Part shown: piece by piece, positions 63,276-64,000 of the stretch
Layout: the number at the start of each line of letters is the position of its first letter
How positions within the stretch are numbered: the stretch's first letter is position 1
NCBI GenBank assembly: GCA_964544915.1
Contig: CAZJDY010000015.1
Coordinates: forward strand, 1,248 to 65,247
DNA: 64,000 bases
Reading direction: 5' to 3'
Origin: an uncultured Methanomassiliicoccaceae archaeon
GTDB taxonomy: Archaea > Thermoplasmatota > Thermoplasmata > Methanomassiliicoccales > JACIVX01
The notes under the pieces: generated by a model
Told to the model about the DNA's origin: nothing
Seen by the model: the letters and a program-made list of their open reading frames with translations, nothing else
The model's database searches: none
Made by a program: the position numbers and the translations under genes

Positions 63276-64000
63276 ATGGAAAGATATCAGATGCCAGTGC
63301 TCAGGGAGAAGAAACTCAAGTGGCTTCCGACGAAAAAGACATGCACCTGCAAAGAGGGCCGCCTCAACTGCCTGACTCGAAAGGAGACATACGAACTCGG
63401 ATCCACGGTACTGAACGTGCGCAGGAGGCAGGTATGGAAGGATTCGCACCCCGCGAGATTCGTCCCCGAGCTGCCGGAGAAATACATCAGGTTGTTCTCT
63501 CACAAGGGCGAGACGGTACTTGACCCCTTCTGCGGATCTGGCACCACGAATGTCGTTGCGATGAAGCTCGGGCGGAACAGTATCGGGATCGACATAAATC
63601 CTTACTCGACCGATCTCACATCGGAAAGACTGGCGAGCACTGAGTCGGGAGGTCCGGAGATTGGCACCGTTCACATGGTACTGAATGGAGATTGCAGAGA
63701 CCTGATGAAGGAGATTCCGCGGGATTCGATCGATCTGGTTGTTACCTCTCCTCCATATTTCGATGTCGTGGACTACAACCACGATGATCCTGATCAGCTA
63801 GGTAACTTCCATGACTACGACGCCTTCCTCTCTGGAATGGAGACGGCGTTTGCTGGGATGTTCTCGGTGTTGAAATCTGGGGGATACGCCGTGGTCAACA
63901 CTCAGGATCTCTTCAAGAAGAACGCCAAGTGCCCGATTCATTCAGACTACATCCAATTGGCGAAGAGGGTGGGTCTAGAAACAATAAACGTCAACATCTA
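63276..64000 (+). CDS. Partial N4/N6 DNA methyltransferase (runs off the right edge)
   Basis: Own translation from ATG 63276: ...VWKDSHPARFVPELPEKYIRLFSHKGETVLDPFCGSGTT...DSIDLVVTSPPYFDVVDY... Not in the ORF track because there is no stop in the window. Confidence 0.8.
   Translation, partial: MERYQMPVLREKKLKWLPTKKTCTCKEGRLNCLTRKETYELGSTVLNVRRRQVWKDSHPARFVPELPEKYIRLFSHKGETVLDPFCGSGTTNVVAMKLGRNSIGIDINPYSTDLTSERLASTESGGPEIGTVHMVLNGDCRDLMKEIPRDSIDLVVTSPPYFDVVDYNHDDPDQLGNFHDYDAFLSGMETAFAGMFSVLKSGGYAVVNTQDLFKKNAKCPIHSDYIQLAKRVGLETINVNI

Noticed and set aside
63255-63782. 175-aa minus-strand ORF and 117-aa plus-strand ORF (63170-63523) at the right edge
   Set aside because: They overlap the plus-strand methyltransferase frame (from ATG 63276), which contains the DPFCGSGTT and TSPPY motifs. 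Neither alternative has recognisable features.

Overview
This is an archaeal chromosomal window. Archaeal markers include RNAP Rpo7 and Spt4, ribosomal proteins S24e and S27ae, FEN1, archaeal-type SAM synthetase, deoxyhypusine synthase, DUF359 dephospho-CoA kinase and an AcnX mevalonate-pathway dehydratase. The lineage cannot be resolved by eye. The G+C-rich housekeeping backbone (roughly 1.1-16.9 kb and 34.6-63 kb) is interrupted by a visibly A+T-richer integrated element of about 17.5 kb. The element sits in the 3' end of an intron-containing tRNA-Arg(CCG). It is bounded by an exact 18-bp direct repeat (17040-17057 and 34515-34532) and has a tyrosine recombinase at its right end. Its cargo is mostly on the minus strand: small HTH proteins, a family-6 UDG-like DNA glycosylase, an SRAP protein, two diverged GNAT paralog segments, two flavodoxin-like proteins, a flavin reductase, an ICMT-like methyltransferase, an effector-less STAND ATPase-TPR protein, an XRE/membrane pair and a Gtr-like glycan-modification module. 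The feature I cannot explain with known categories is an island-specific, co-oriented intergenic motif (plus strand CCCCATCTGCCGTCAGAACCGTCAG..., 8 copies) that separates the cargo genes, together with a second repeat of about 45-55 nt (3 copies). Other backbone oddities are listed here. (1) A 1420-aa isoleucyl-tRNA synthetase carries a C-terminal extension of about 365 aa (HhH, Zn-ribbon, HhH, Zn-ribbon, DUF835-like). (2) The AcnX small subunit is fused to a Nudix domain. (3) One operon encodes a surface-anchored DUF4430/beta-propeller protein, a DUF4430 lipoprotein and a complete ECF transporter, which may be a corrinoid capture system. (4) SAM synthetase is flanked by an HTH-CBS protein and a wHTH protein. 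(5) A TusA-DsrE-NifS-IscU operon is present. (6) A partial DNA methyltransferase with unusual motif order lies at the right edge. (7) A possible second mobile-element remnant lies at the left edge. No rRNA genes or CRISPR arrays were seen. All family assignments come from reading motifs by eye and need HMM or BLAST confirmation.
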